From positions 511,689-575,688 of the forward strand of contig NMRA01000255.1 in assembly GCA_002633005.1 (NCBI GenBank): 64,000 bases of DNA. Reading direction: 5' to 3'. Of the stretch, positions 11,020 through 25,200 are shown piece after piece; the first letter of the stretch is position 1, and each line of letters opens with the position of its first letter. A program made the translations under genes and the position numbers. The stretch comes from Phoronis australis. Taxonomy: Eukaryota > Animalia > Phoronida. The notes under the pieces are model-generated. The model was not told the DNA's origin, made no database searches, and saw only the letters and a list, made by a program, of their open reading frames with translations.

Positions 11020-12331
11020 TGTAACAGGGGAGCCCTGAATACGGTTATATAATTGAGTTATATGAGGTCTCTGGTGGACAAGCTGTACATTGCAAGTGGA
11101 ATTTTGGTATCAATGCTATCGATGCCATTGGCACTACTAGAGTTTTTATTTGTTCTCGGACGTCGACTTGAATGTCTTGAAACTTAAATGATATTCCCTC
11201 CTGTATCTTGGGCGGGAGCTCAATAGTTGACACACTGAATTTTCAGCAAGTTTTTGGCCAATGCCAGTAAAAAAGTCATTAAATGCATTTGATTTTTTAT
11301 CTTTGTCCGAAACAATATCGTTAAAAATTAGAAATTCATTTGCTACAGACTTGCCCTTGTTAGGTAAAATTGATTTTATGATTCTCCAGAGAGTTTTTCC
11401 GTTAGATTTGTTTTCATTAATAACTTGGTCGTAATACTCAGCCTTGGCCCGTTTAAGAGCATTGTTTACCTTATATTTCTAGCTTTCTTAACGATACCCC
11501 AGTCAGATGAATTTCGAGTACGCTGAGCTATTCCCTTCATGTAGTCTCTCTAGCGAGAGAGAGCTATGAGATTATCATTAAAGACAAGCAAGGACTAGCA
11601 TGACAGCTGTTGCCATTAAGCCGGCTTCATGTGAGTCAAACTGCCCCGATGGGGAAGCACTAAGACAACCCGGAACAACATCTAACCTAGCTGTTGCCCT
11701 TAAGCCAGCTTAACATACCCTAGAAGTAAATGACGCTGTTGCCATCCAGCCAGCGTCTCATCTCCGAGTCCACAAGAAGAAGAACACCTGCACCTTCCAA
11801 CCAGGTCCTGCCGTTCGATCCACAGTACGTCCACACCAACCACAGCAAGGACAGAAGGCGAGATCGACCGATCTAGCGAAGCTGTCCGAGGGCTTCGCTC
11901 TCATCTACTCTACTACGCCACGAGAGTTCAGTTGAAGAGTTCAAGAAATTAACACCTCCACTCTGTCACACCAAATACCAACTATTCGTGCAGTTTTCGT
12001 GCTCCTCTCGAACTTGGTTGCTAATAGTTCAGTCCTCCCTAGCTAATTGGTTGTTGCTCACATTTCGGCCCCTATACATGTAGCTACTGTGCCCGTTTCT
12101 ACACATTTAACTTAGTAGCAAATGGCCTGCTCGCGTATCAAAACTGTATAAAATCACAACGGTGAGAAATACTAACGATGGATTGCTTGTAGGTGTGAAT
12201 TAATGGGCTTATATATTCTTATTGAATAAACCTCTGTATTATTCACCAATTTTAGTTTTCAATATCACCCTCTGTCCGCACCGGGATCGTAATATCAGAG
12301 CGCCTTGGTCGTAGATATTGCTCCCGTTACA
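11020..12331 (+). mobile_element. Solo LTR (Gypsy-like) with 4-bp TSD
   Basis: Starts TGTAACAGGGGAGC and ends GCTCCCGTTACA (inverted TG...CA termini). CTTT flanks both ends (11016-11019, 12332-12335). AATAAA at 12225. Three GCTGTTGCC repeats at 11606, 11690 and 11735. Confidence 0.75.
11060..11548 (-). mobile_element. LINE ORF2 fragment (APE-RT linker; CR1/L2-like clade) nested inside the LTR
   Basis: Translates to KVNNALKRAKAEYY...NENKSNGKTLWRIIKSILP...SNAFNDFFTGIGQKLA...FKFQDI, the typical linker of APE-type LINEs. Confidence 0.75.
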
Positions 12332-13698
12332 CTTTTATCGCAAGTGAACTAGGTCTACGAAACACTCTCTCTAAGTTATTCGCCAGCTCCCGGCAATAAC
12401 TGTCGCTTGGCAAGTTATTTATGACGATTGCCAACACTGCTCCAAAGGAAGCCTTAGTATAAGCTTCAACTGATAAAAACATAGGGGCCAATGTTGAAAC
12501 TGAAGGTTTGAGTACGAGTCCAATCTAAGAAGTCTATCTGCGTTCATTTCTCGCTGTTTACGTCTACGTTTTTCATGTTTATAGGTTTAGGTGACAATTT
12601 TTGAATTCCGCCTCATGTACGACAAAACTTTCTCAATAGGGGACTTTTCATACCGACGCTGAAAGCGACATCTGACGGATCCAGGCTCAGATTTGGTGGA
12701 AAATTCGCCGCTGCATATGGTGGCTCATTAATTAAAAAAAGAGGAAAAGATACCATCGTCAACAGCCCCCCCCCCCAACCTCTCTGTTTAAGTTTCACTA
12801 ATTTACTTTTATTAGCTTTTTGACAAAGACAGAGATCGAAATTCTACCACTTATCAGTTGAAGCCAACGACCACGCAGCCCCATTTTATCCATCGCAGTA
12901 GGAAATTTATGGAGATGACGTCCTTCACCTGTAGATATTTCAAGAGGTCCACAGATATTGTAAGCAAGCGGACTTCATAAACTTGGTTCGTTGAAATGGC
13001 TGCACTTGCAAAAACATCTCACATTTTAAAATTCTGGGCTCAACGTACTTCAAAGATTTAAAGTTGGGTCATTAACCCAAATTGACGGTTTCCTGTGCCT
13101 TAGATGGGTTTAATGTTGCAAAGTGAGTTTATTGATATCATTTTGTAGAAAGGCTTTACTCTTTCTGATGAAATCATCTATTTTTTTAATGAAACCTAAC
13201 CTCTGAAATTAGTCTGGGGAAGTAGACCAAAAACCGCGGTTTGGGTAGTTGTCCCTTCCTGGTTATCTCTTCCTGATAGTCTACTTTGTAAGTATCCAAT
13301 AATATAACACAGTACTACTTTGTAAGTATCTAATAATATAACATAGTTACTTTGTAAGTATCTAATAATATAACATAGTCTTTGTAAATATTGTAAATAT
13401 CTAAATACAACTAATGCTTTCCATCGGCAAACCACAAGCTAATGTTCAATGTTGATTTGAGTATACATAAACACAATCAACAACATTGCTATCACACGCT
13501 CAATGATGGCGTGGTACGTTATTTCCAGTATTGAGATTATTACCTCCATTGATCAAGACCCATCTCTATTCTAGCTTCTAATCAAAAAGTTGATTACAAT
13601 CACCATAAACAAACCCTGGCACTACCAAATTGTAATACAACAATTTTGTGTCATATTTGGGGATTTAGTATATAGAATGCTACCACTGACTAAATGAG

Positions 13699-14591
13699 TC
13701 AAAGCCGTGATTTGGCCAAAAACTTCAGTCCGTCACTAAGAATGCGTTCCAGATCTGACAAAGAAAAAGAAGGCAAGAATTGTTCAACAAAAGTCATCAG
13801 TTCAGCAACAGAATTCACATTACGTTTTCTGTAGGCTGTTTCTCCCATAGCTTCATACAATATTATTCCATTGCTGGTTTCTTTAAGTACGTAAGACAAT
13901 CCCGGAGGATGAATGACTGCTAACGCTGAGGTGTGCGCTGAACTACGACTTCTGTACAGGAAGAATTTCTCATTAAGCCGTGAAACTATCTCATCCAGTG
14001 AAACCGCACCTAGATAAAAATCTGTCCACTGGGCCTTTTCAACTGTAATAAATGGATCCGTTTCACTTATGAACTGTCGTCGAACATAATTATCACCCGC
14101 TTTGGCAAATTTGCACAACATATTTTTATGCTGAAAACATAGGGATTCCACCTCAAAATCCAAAGGGAATGCATCAAGAGCTGGCTGTGCAATTCCTACA
14201 TCCACCAAAAAGGAGTCTCCCTCCTCATGTAGATCTTTAACAATAACAATCACATGTAGTGGATACGTGTTGATTATTAAGCGCGCGCTAAACTCAAGTA
14301 GGTATGGAAACCTAAACCTGCCAGCAGCGCAGACATGAAGGTATGCAGCTCATAACAAAAACCGCATCGTCGGCTCATAAGTTTCTCTTTGATATCATCC
14401 CAACTTGGAGTACGTCTCAGATTCTTAGGAATCATTAAAAGATTAAAACTGGTATACGGGATGTGGTGACTAAATGCTGTAATAATACGTTTCAAAAAAG
14501 CAGCCTTGTGCAGTTTCTTGCAGTCCTCAAGACTAACATCAATAACCGCTAGGAAACGTCCGATTTCCTCTGGAGACAGCTGCATCGCCAT
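13699..14591 (-). pseudogene. NAT: Intronless arylamine N-acetyltransferase, frameshifted near 14280
   Basis: Motifs HIPYTSF, RRCGFCYELH (catalytic Cys), PLHVIVIV (His, in the shifted frame) and FLVDVG (Asp) form the NAT Cys-His-Asp triad, split across ORFs 14277-14591 and 13699-14253. Confidence 0.85.
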
Positions 14592-17500
14592 TTTCGGCTG
14601 CTATTAGAACCGTCATGTACCATTGTAGGGTTAGTGTTGCACTAACAATGTTCTTTTTTGGCATAGTAGCCAGAGTCTAACCACAAGCGCTCGCATGAAG
14701 ATTGGCATATCCAGCCGTTAGATTTGGATACAAGTGTCCGGCGTCAATCTTCACGCCTTGTGTGCTCGTGATTAGACTCTTGATCTCATACTGTTCCTTA
14801 CTGAGATTACATGTGGCATATGGGCTTTGGTTGAACTGATAGTTTGTTATTGCTTAAGACCTGACGCAATAACCTGGCTTGACCAGGCGAGTCAAAGTGC
14901 AGCAAACATGGCTTTGAGCAATAACAAAATTTGAGTTCTTTCCGAGTCCACTAAGGAATAAGTTGAGACAGGTATGTACACGGGACTGGGAATTTTCCTC
15001 TTTCAAGAGGATTTCCTTTTTTTGTTTTGATTTCCTCTCACTTGAGTTCCAGCTTCCTCTTTTTATAATTTTTTATACTTGTTTCATGCAAAAATATTTA
15101 TTTCAGTTATATTTTACTACACAAAAAATATTTCTATCACACAAGCCTATTTATTTGTGGAACGATACATCATCTGGAAATTTTTCCTCTTTTTGTCACT
15201 AGTCATTCCAATCCCTGTGTGAAGTGGTAAGTTGTTCAAGTCAAAAGTTGTTCTTTTTCACAGAAGACCCGTTCGTAGCAGCTTTAATGAATTTGAATAC
15301 GAAGTGAATCTGGAAGCCACAAGACACCAACTGAGAAGCACATTCTATGGAAATCAACAAATGTGCTTGTACTTTCCAAGATGTTTAACCCACATTGTTA
15401 GGGATTGGGATAGGAATCATTTCACCCTCCTTAGGTTTTCAGAGTACCCTCCTAAAACTATTCCAAGGGGGTACTCCCATAGGTTTACACAGAACATGAC
15501 ACTCAGCAAGGTGATTTTCTCAAACAATTTCTCTACAAAATGGTGCTTAAAAAATCCCTACCAAAGCAAACGTTTTCCGATCTCTGAGCCGGCTTCTTCA
15601 AGCTTTTAAGCATGGACAGCTCTCTTTTTCACCTATTAAAATAAGGGGAAAGACAGCTGCCTGACAGGATCAAGCTGGTAGCATTAACCCTTATAAAAAG
15701 GTTGTGCATTTGGAACATTAGGCTGTAGTTTCGTTGAACTCCAAACCCCGGACCAAAAACCTTTGTTAGTTTGAGTGTCAATATGTTTTTAGCCTGGCAT
15801 GACGGCGTTCTGACTTTACCAGACGTAGAGGGTTGTGAGCGTGTGATAACATCTAGCTTCTTTGTTAACTGCCAAGCACAGTCTTTTATCTGGTAAGACA
15901 ACAGGCAGGCCAATTTTCTACCAGGCTTATTACAGACCACGTGTGAACACAGTCAAACCCAGACCTTTCGGAAAGAATATAGGTTGTCATAACTTCGGTT
16001 GTAGTTTGGCGATTTTGGCGATTCAAAACCTAATGATCAGCATTTGACGAGGAATTCAGAAATGATATTGATTTATGTTCAAAACAACGTAACTTTTTTT
16101 TTTAACAACACAGCTAAATACGATCTTATTGGCGATTAGAGCAATTGCCTGGCTTCGCTTCTCGCGCCAAATTTCGTTCTCGATCGCCTTCCGGTCGTTC
16201 TCGATCACGGGTTGACCGGGGTGTTACAGAAGTCTTTCAGTTTGTGCGCTTTAAAAATCCAAAAATGCCTTGTAAACTTTCATTGGCTAATCAATATTTC
16301 TCAGTTGTGCTGAAACACGGAACTTAGGGTCAGTGCTCAACCAATCATTGACTAGGCCTACTGCCTATACGGCAGGTTTCAGTTTTAGCCACGCGCTCAT
16401 TAGTACCTTGACGTCATGGTAAACTGACTCACGTATTTCACACTGGGTCGGCGAATTGACCCATAGCAGTATTTTCTAAACATGTACGTTGCCAAAGGGC
16501 TCGGTTATAGCCGTTGAATTGTGCAGCCAGTTGAAGCAATGACCGAAATAAATACACTGTAGTAATATATATAGCACATTGTGTCTGAAGTCAGTGGTGA
16601 GGGGAAACTAGGAACCAATATTGATTCCTAGGGTGAAACCAAAGAGAAATAGCTGCCATTCGCTTGGTTGTTAAGATCGCTGCGCCTAGCGGTAATCTGT
16701 TGTACGTTGCCCGCCCTGATGTATGTTATGCAACTAGGCTGAAAAATAGGAAGCTATCAAACAAAATTAATTATTAACGCCTTTGGATTTTCCGACATGT
16801 CAGTCAAGTTATTTAACAGGGATATGTTTAGTGCAAATAAGGTTGAGAATTAGAAAGCCAGCAAACAAAAGTAATTATTAACCGACATTGGATTATGCAG
16901 ACATGTCAATCAAGCTATTGCAATCAGGGCGAGCGAAAATGTTAACACTACCACAGTCTTTCATCTTGACCCGGCTGCTACAAATATTAGTTACAGAAAG
17001 GTGCCTTTGAATGAGCTTCGTGCCGTACCTATAGTAGAGATCAACAATTTACGGAGTACGAATTTAAAAAATTGCTTGCGGGATACAAAAGCAAATGACG
17101 TACCTCACTAGACATTCACTTAACAATCCTCGTCCAGGTATATTTGACAGAATAAATAATACAAACCCGAAGTAAAATAAATTGATCTTCCTAACACTAT
17201 ATTACTTGGTTAATTTAACGAACAATCAAATTTGAAAATTTGAAACTTGAATTATTATGAGGGTGACAGCACATGTGACTTACGGAAATTCGTGTAATTT
17301 GATATTCTTTGTACCAGGCCAACCGTGGCCACCAATAAAACTTCATGCAGTTTAAACGTAACCGCAGTTTTTCCTCATCTGTCAACTGTTACAAAAAGTG
17401 AAGATTTCCGGCAGCGACCGACGCGTGTCAAAGTGCAGTGCAATAATAGTGCCAACAACGATCACTTAGCTCCTTGAATCGATCAAATAACTGAATGAAG

Positions 17501-18883
17501 CTCCGCAATTGGTGTGAATGAGCTAGAAATTTAGGATGAGTTCAACTTAAAATATTGGATATGACAGACGGGAACTCGTGGTCGATAGCCTTTGAGTTGT
17601 CGATGACATATCACCAGAAACCTGTCGAAAAGAACTTGGGCTACCTTCCGCAGACTGGAAGCATGAGTCTCGACAGAAATGACAAAGACCATGCTTCAGT
17701 GGACTTAACAACGATAACTACTGTTAGTGTTGCGTTTGATGCACGGAATCCACTCAAGTCATGTGGAGACACCATCGGCCATGTGCTGGCGACATCTAGC
17801 GGCAAAGCTGGCCTCGATCGAATAGTTACATAAATGTAAGCTACGACACTGAGCAAAATTAAGAAGGCTGCATCGCGTTGGTTAACAAAGACGGGTGAGT
17901 ACAAAACAAAGTAGCCCGTAAAATCCATCGAAGTTAGGGTTACTCTACGGAAACAGGCTTGGAGTTTTGGAGTTTGAGGCTCGAACCCTCTTTTCTGGAT
18001 CCGGAAACTGCTAGAAATTCAAATGCTTTCTGCTGAAAACGTGGATCCAATCAAGTAGTTTCGAATGCCAGCTACATAACACATACGTCTGGACTTAGAC
18101 TATGATTTTAGTCACAGTGTAAAAGTATACTTTTGTAGGTCCTTGGTGTCAAGAATTTCCACACACATGTTTGCACTCATGACTGAGCCTTTGTGTCCGG
18201 CAGTGATCTGTGTTGTTATTGCGACCCTGTCGTCCATTTATAACACAATGCGGTAGTCCAATAAAGGCGTTTGAAAGGTTTCCATATTGCTCGGGTGTAT
18301 TCCGTATTGACACCGCTTTCCCAAGTGAACTTTTGTCACGGCGTCTGTGCGGGACTCGGCATCGTCCGGCCGCGTTGCTGGGATCTGAACAGGGAGACTA
18401 TAGGTTAACGTGAGTACGCCGCAAATTAACCGAACACATGATTACACGGCTGGGCTTACACTCAGTCTTCCGGGTGACCTCTGACGCCACGAAATCCATA
18501 CTATTAGTACAGTGTTGAGTCTATTTTTCAACTACGATGCGTAACCGTGTACCACAAGCATTGATATCTTTTACGGATATCCCTGTCGATTCGCTGTAAG
18601 TTGGCCCTGTGTGCGGTTGTAGTTGTAGTTAAGATTCTATGTCACCCAGTTCACGAGGAATGAACGCCGTTAATGAAAAAACACCCGACTTGCGTTCCGT
18701 AGTTCACTTAAGTAAAATCTTCTGGTCGTTGCCGGAAACATTAGCCTGTCAGTGTTACCTCTTCACCCCACTGTTGCTGGCAGTGGACCTTGGGCGCTGA
18801 GTGCGCAGCACAAGCTGTAAAATGGGTTTCGTGAGTACCTTGGCCTGGCAATGTTTTTTTGAACTGACCTTCCCCCTCATGCA

Positions 18884-19285
18884 TCGTGGCGTACTTGTCA
18901 AATGTAAAAAGTCCCCGACTTAAAGTTGAACATTTTCGTGTAGTTTGACATTGCATGTGATGACAGAGTTCATGTGCATCGTGTCATCATTGCTAAAAAT
19001 AATGTCTCAGTCGCTCAGTCATACTAATATGCACATTTATTGTTGGTCAAATTAAAAAAGAAAAAAGATCATAGTATCGTGGCGTGCTTATCAATTGTAA
19101 AAAGTCCCCGACTTAAAGTTGAACATTTTCGTGTAGTTTGCCATTGCATGTAGTGGAAATGACAGAGTTCATGTGCATCGCGTTATTTTTGCTAACAAAT
19201 AATCATCTCAGTCGCTCAGACTCTCAGTCGCTAATATGCACATTTATTGTTGGTCAAATTAAAAAAGAAAAAAAAACAAAAGATC
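18884..19285. repeat. Diverged tandem duplication of ~190 bp
   Basis: ATCGTGGCGT...GTAAAAAGTCCCCGACTTAAAGTTGAAC...GGTCAAATTAAAAAAG occurs twice. Confidence 0.8.
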
Positions 19286-22200
19286 ACAAAAGGTGTAAAA
19301 CAAAACATTTAAAAATCACACCGCCCCATAGTGTTAGAATGTGAACTACTTTTGACTGATTACAAATATTTGTATCATAAAATATGGATTTTCACTGAAA
19401 CGATTTCAAATGAAAGGGTATGGGAAGGATTGGGAGATTTGATTAACAAAAAGTACAACTTTCAAAATAATATTGACAAACTTCCATAGAACGCTGCCAA
19501 AGATTGATGCACTTTGGGGCAGAAATGTTAAGAACTATAATGGAGCTTTTGTCGCAGTGGAAGAGCATTGTTAATGAACTTTGCCAGAAATGATGTAACT
19601 TTCTTTTGCGGTCAGCTGCTTTTGTGTCAGAGTTTTTAAACTCTGACATAAAAGCAGCGACGTTGTTACGTCTCATGACAGCGTGTTCCCGTTCAGTAAC
19701 TTTACCAGACGTAAGGGGTTCTGAGCGTGTGATAACATCTAGCTTCTTTGTTAACTGCCAAGCCCACTCTTTTGTCTGTTATGACGACACGCTGGCCAAT
19801 TATCTACCAGGCTTGTCACAGACCACGTGTGAACACAGTCAAACTCAAAGTGAATTGGTGTATTGGGAAAGAACAGATTGTCGTAACTTCGGTTGCAGTT
19901 GGACGATTTTGGCGATTCAAAAACTAAACATGATCACCATTTGACAAAGATTTCAGAAATGCTATTGGTTTATGGTTAAAAATATTATAACTAAACTTTT
20001 ATTTTTTACAGCACAGCCCACTAGTCAGGGTAGATAGGAACTTATAGGAGATTAGAGCAATTATCGAACAAAAGAGAGCTGGCACTCCAACCTTAAATGC
20101 CAGAATGGAGTTAATCAGTCGTGTAAGATATTGGCTACAGGGGTAAACTTCCAAACTTGTTGTTGGGCTATAGAATCGAACAAGTTGGGAGCAACGAGAA
20201 AACACCGTATTGTAGTCGCTATTTCTTGCAGCCCTAAAAAGGAGCGCTGCATACTTTATGCTACGGAAAGAATTCACTAAATTGGCCTTTGCTACCAGCT
20301 CTACCGATGTTTCTGACCCATTCTTACGCAGTTCTTGACCTTGGGAAATAGGTAGTAACAAAATTCTTTATCTCGCTAACTGTTACTATAGCAGCCAGGC
20401 ACACAATACGTATAATCTCCCTGTGGCCGGTTCGCCCCCACTCTTGCCGACGTACTTGTTTACTGAATAATACCGCCTTAACCACAATGCAACATTCTGA
20501 CCCATTTCGAAGATGGCAGCGTTGCAACTCCCGCTATTCGTCGATGTTATGCGTAGCCGTAGTGTCCGTTTTTGATTGGTCGCTGACTGGAAAACTGACC
20601 CACCGAAACGTCTGTATAATAGACTAGAGCTAGGTTGGCGATGTTTCTACATCATCGCCTCGAAGTACAGTTGTCGGAAGTCCTCAATCTGATGTTAATC
20701 ATATAGTAATACTTGAACATTCTAGCTAAGCGCTGCTGCCTAGAGCAAGGTTTTCGCTCAATAATCCTAGTGTTTCAAATGCTTCTGTTACCTCAGGGTC
20801 AAATTAAACATGTTCTATGGTTGTTAGTAAGCTAAAACGGTCATACAAGTTATTTCAGAACAGTATATTTTTGTTAACATTTCTGGTCGACGCTGTATTA
20901 TCTGAGTGGCATTGGGATTTGTTGTCTAACTAGGTTGTCCAGCACTGCGTGTTATGTTCGTTACTTTATTGCGTCGTTGTTAAAATCAATATCTGAAAGG
21001 GTGCAACAATACACGTCGGCAAGTGATATGTACTGCCAACTAAATTATATCCACACCTTCTTCATGATATGAGGTAAGAGATCTTTTTATCGAACGTTCG
21101 CTTTGCTCTCCCGACGGTTGTCCATGCACGGGTTCATTCAAGATCATTGCTTACACGCCACCAACACGGCAGAAAAATAACTAGGCAAGAAATACTTGAC
21201 AACACCTTATTCCCTATGTTGAAAATGGCACATTTCTGTTGACGGTTTTTGAGTCCTTACTGCCACGAAAAACCTGTGCTCAATGAGCAACTCAGGTGTT
21301 TACCGCACGGTGGCTCTGTTTTGCTATGCTTGTGCTCTTCTTACCGTGTGACATACATTCACATCCTCTGCTTGTATGCACCTCTACGTGCTGTCACCGT
21401 TTATTTCATCGTTTATTTCGTTTCCTAAATGTGCATTTCACCCATTGCCCGGTGATGAGACACGTGGTCTCGAAATATAGCTAGTATTTTAACTTGGTTT
21501 CCGTCCGTTATGTCGTTTGGTGTTTGCTTCATAACTGCACGTCTGAAGACAGGACATTGTTTAGGGGCTAGTAGCGAGTATCTGCCTTACACTAATAAAG
21601 TGATAATCGTGCTTTCAGCCAAGTATGTATATTTGAGGAAGCTGGTGGCAGATGTTAGCCGAATCTGCCACCATAAACAAGGGTTCGCGGAACGACAGCC
21701 TGCATCTCAAAATGCTCGTCAACTCCAAATTCGCAAATTTACCTTATCGACGTAATATTCCGAGACCAGTGTAGAATTATACAGATATATGAATACCTAG
21801 TATTCGAGTAAATAAAATGTTCTGTGGCGGGAAAAATCAAAACGAGATAGTCCATTTACTCAACCATTTATCGAGTTACCGCATCGTAAATGTTGCCACA
21901 GAACATTTTACGAGTCAAAAAGCGCACCAGATAACCCTAGGGCTGGCATCCTTTCCAAATGTTGATTGATACCTTCATTCCAAACTATTCTATTATATGA
22001 CATGAAGGATTTTAAGTCTACATTGATAGGCGTAATTAACAAATTTCATGATTTCACGGAAAGTACCCACAGCTTAGTAGTATTATTGCTGCAGATGTTT
22101 TAACGTTAAAGTAAAATTGGGTCACCTTTAGGCTTTGTCTACACTCAGTCTAATGACTGTCGTCTTCACAGTTTCAGTGTCTTATTTGTATGACTTTTTA

Positions 22201-25200
22201 TCTCGATTACAATTGTGTCCTAGCTCTAATTGTCTTTAAGGTCCGATTTGTTGATGGAATGGAAAACATACGAGGCGTCGGATATCACATTCGCCGAGAG
22301 TCGTCGGTATCGGCATGTTTTACTGCCAAATCTTCCGTAATTCTTTCTCATGTGGGAGTTCGTGGTCAGCCACTTTGTTTTCACCTAATGATAAACGTAA
22401 CCTTGACATTCCCCACAGAAAATTGTGGTAACTAACACAGTTGTTTTTACACACTCGACAATGCATGGTGAACTGAAGTTTCGTGAAATCTCACACCTGT
22501 AATTCAACACTCAAGATGAGCCGATCTGACCTGCTCGTTTGCGTTTTAATCAAATTTACCGGACTGTTCGGTAGCCTGTTTATATAATAGCTTCAACAGA
22601 CTCGGTCATACATTCCAGAAAAATCCGTGACTGTATGCGTGATTCAGCATTTTAGTTGCTTACTCGCATCGCTGGCTCGTGAAAGATAGGAAATAATTCA
22701 CCACACATACGACTTGTCTGTGTGCCGCATTGCTTGAAAAACCTGATGTCTGGTAGCTGACAGCAAAGTTATAAGGCATGCCTGAACGAGTGCAAGTGCA
22801 AATCTGTGGACTCAGTGAGGATGAATTTGTCGGGTTTTCTGTGTGTACTCGTTTTTTGTTGCTCTTTCGATGTAGAGGTTTTCAGTTGTTCGAAGCGTAT
22901 GGGTATATTTCTGTATCTAAATGAACGAACGCGTACTTCTATCATTTCGCCGGGTATGAGTGATGACTGCAGAGATAACTCAAATGTCATGCATTGTATT
23001 CGCTAAACGCAAGAGCGCACTTTTTGTGACTGAGACAGGTGAGTTATTCCTTTTAGGCACGGAAAGCGAACACAAACAAAAACAGCGTTCCGGAGACGTT
23101 TTAATGTTATTTACCATTTGCGAGAGATTTGATCGCTGGGTAAGGTGCATGCAATAGTTGCCGTAGCTTTCTTCCAATTGTTCAATATAACATGTTCATT
23201 TTGTGATGTCGTACAAGGCACGGTCAACCCATACCATTGGTAATTCAACTCAAGAAATTTATTTTTCGTACATCACCTGATTTGGTTTGTGAAAGAAAAA
23301 CACATTCATGACCTTATATTCACCGGTCAAAACATCTGAAAAATTTATACAGGGTGTCCAGAAATGTTCTCAAAATATTGTAAAATATGAGTACCAGGAT
23401 ACGTTTTTAATCGTTACAGAGAAATGGGTAAATTTGAGAACCAGTTTCTTCCACTGAATATCAGGCATCAATCTGGTTCTCACTCCGAGGTCCCTGAAAG
23501 AGACTATTGCTGAGAAAAGCGTTGTCGGGTTTTGGATCGATGCGCCACCAGTTGCACAGCTCCTGCGCAGAAATCGAAAATTTTTAGCAAAGTTGATATG
23601 CAAAGACGGGGAACATTTAAATGAACTGTTTCTATCTCATGTGGTGGGAACTGTGTTCTATTTGAATATGGGACGCAGGCGTTGAAAATTGTACTGGTTG
23701 TGTCATGTGTGGAGCAGGCCACGAATGCAAGTGAGCAGAGTGAAAATATCTGTTCATCGTTTGTCTGCGTTATTAAACTCATTGGTATTTTGCGTAATCT
23801 GTACCTTGCAAAAGAAACTTTGGTATGCTTGGAATACAAAAAAACGCTGTTAGTTCCCAGTAAAACCATTATCCGTTATTCGCATAGCAGAGTATCTCCT
23901 GAACAGTTTGGGCGCCCTTTATATTTCATGTTGACATTAACTGTGGATAAAAATGTCTGAACGTGCAGTTTGTTTTCTTCAATAAGTCTGCAGCTGTGTG
24001 GTATTATTGCTTAATTTTTCTGAATCCGCAAAATCCACCCAGGTATTCTCAAAGGACGATTATCTAGCAAGTGCACGGGCTGTGAACACGTTTTGTACCT
24101 CAATTCTTTGAAACTACGAACCATATCCTGTGGCTTTGGTTTGATGACTCATGTATCATAGTTGCTCACAACTCTTTGGTTCGCTGCAATTAGTGGACTC
24201 AAATTAAGAAGAAACGCCACATACACGAGACAGATAAAATCGAAACTATGGCAAAATCAAAAGTTCAAGAGGGAATTACGTAAAACATAATGGTTGTATT
24301 GGATCATGTGTTATCAGTGAGAGGCAAATAAAGTAACACTCCGGCTGCTGTAGCAAGATTCTGACGTGTTTAAGACATACCAGCAGTTGAGGCCGGCATA
24401 TTGAACTAGGCATTTGCTTGTTTGTTATTAAATAGAATTGAGGGTGAACGACATGTTTTATAAGAATGGCCCTTGTATAATTAATTGAGGAAACAATACA
24501 AGATAAATCTAGGTGTTAGTGTGAAAGAGACGTATTGGGAATTTTATTTCTCAGTGTTTTATTTATAACGGCTAGCGCAGACGAATATCTATGAAATGGG
24601 CTGACAGCTCGCGTCAAGGCGAGAACAAGTAAGTGAACTCACTTTTTGTTGTCGTATTTTCACACCTGATATGTGAGCTGTCAACTCAGCTATGGTTCAA
24701 CAGGCACTCGAGGTAGACAACTCAGCTCTCAGCCATCCGTATGCGCTAGCTGTTAATACTCAGACGGTCGCCCTCCTTTGATGGAGATTACCGAAGGTCT
24801 CAGAACTCGGTCTAAATCATAGCTTTTGTCTTAGTGAATGTGTAACGATGCTAATGATGACAACCGACTGTCTGTCCTCGTTTCTCTCTTCATGATGCTG
24901 AACGACGGTGTATACACCTACCTTGGATAAAACGACACGGAAAGTCTCTAGTATTTACTTGCTAGTTGAGCGACTTGCAAGTGGCAGACGCGCTGACCCC
25001 TAACGATGGCTCATGACAGCGAAACTTTCTAAAAACTTACCGTCTTTGTCTTTGTGCGAACGAGGCACAACAAAGAAACATGTAAGAGCGGCTGTAAACA
25101 AGCCTTCCATCTCAAAGACATGTTTTGATTTAGCCAACTTACTGCTATGAAGTTGGTTTTAATTATGTTCAGTCAAAATACATGACTCGCTGGTTCCTGC

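Larger units (their letters stand above)
9825..14595. repeat. Direct segmental duplication carrying NAT and its 3' flank (~9825-10903 vs ~13113-14595)
   Basis: About 590 bp of near-identical 3' flank, including a ~34 bp tandem repeat (TAGTACTACTTTGTAAGTATCTAATAATATAACA), plus the NAT body. Confidence 0.85.

Noticed and set aside
20100-25100. Many short ORFs in moderately GC-rich sequence
   Set aside because: No recognisable motifs or consistent splice structure. Probably old decayed repeats that cannot be assigned by eye.
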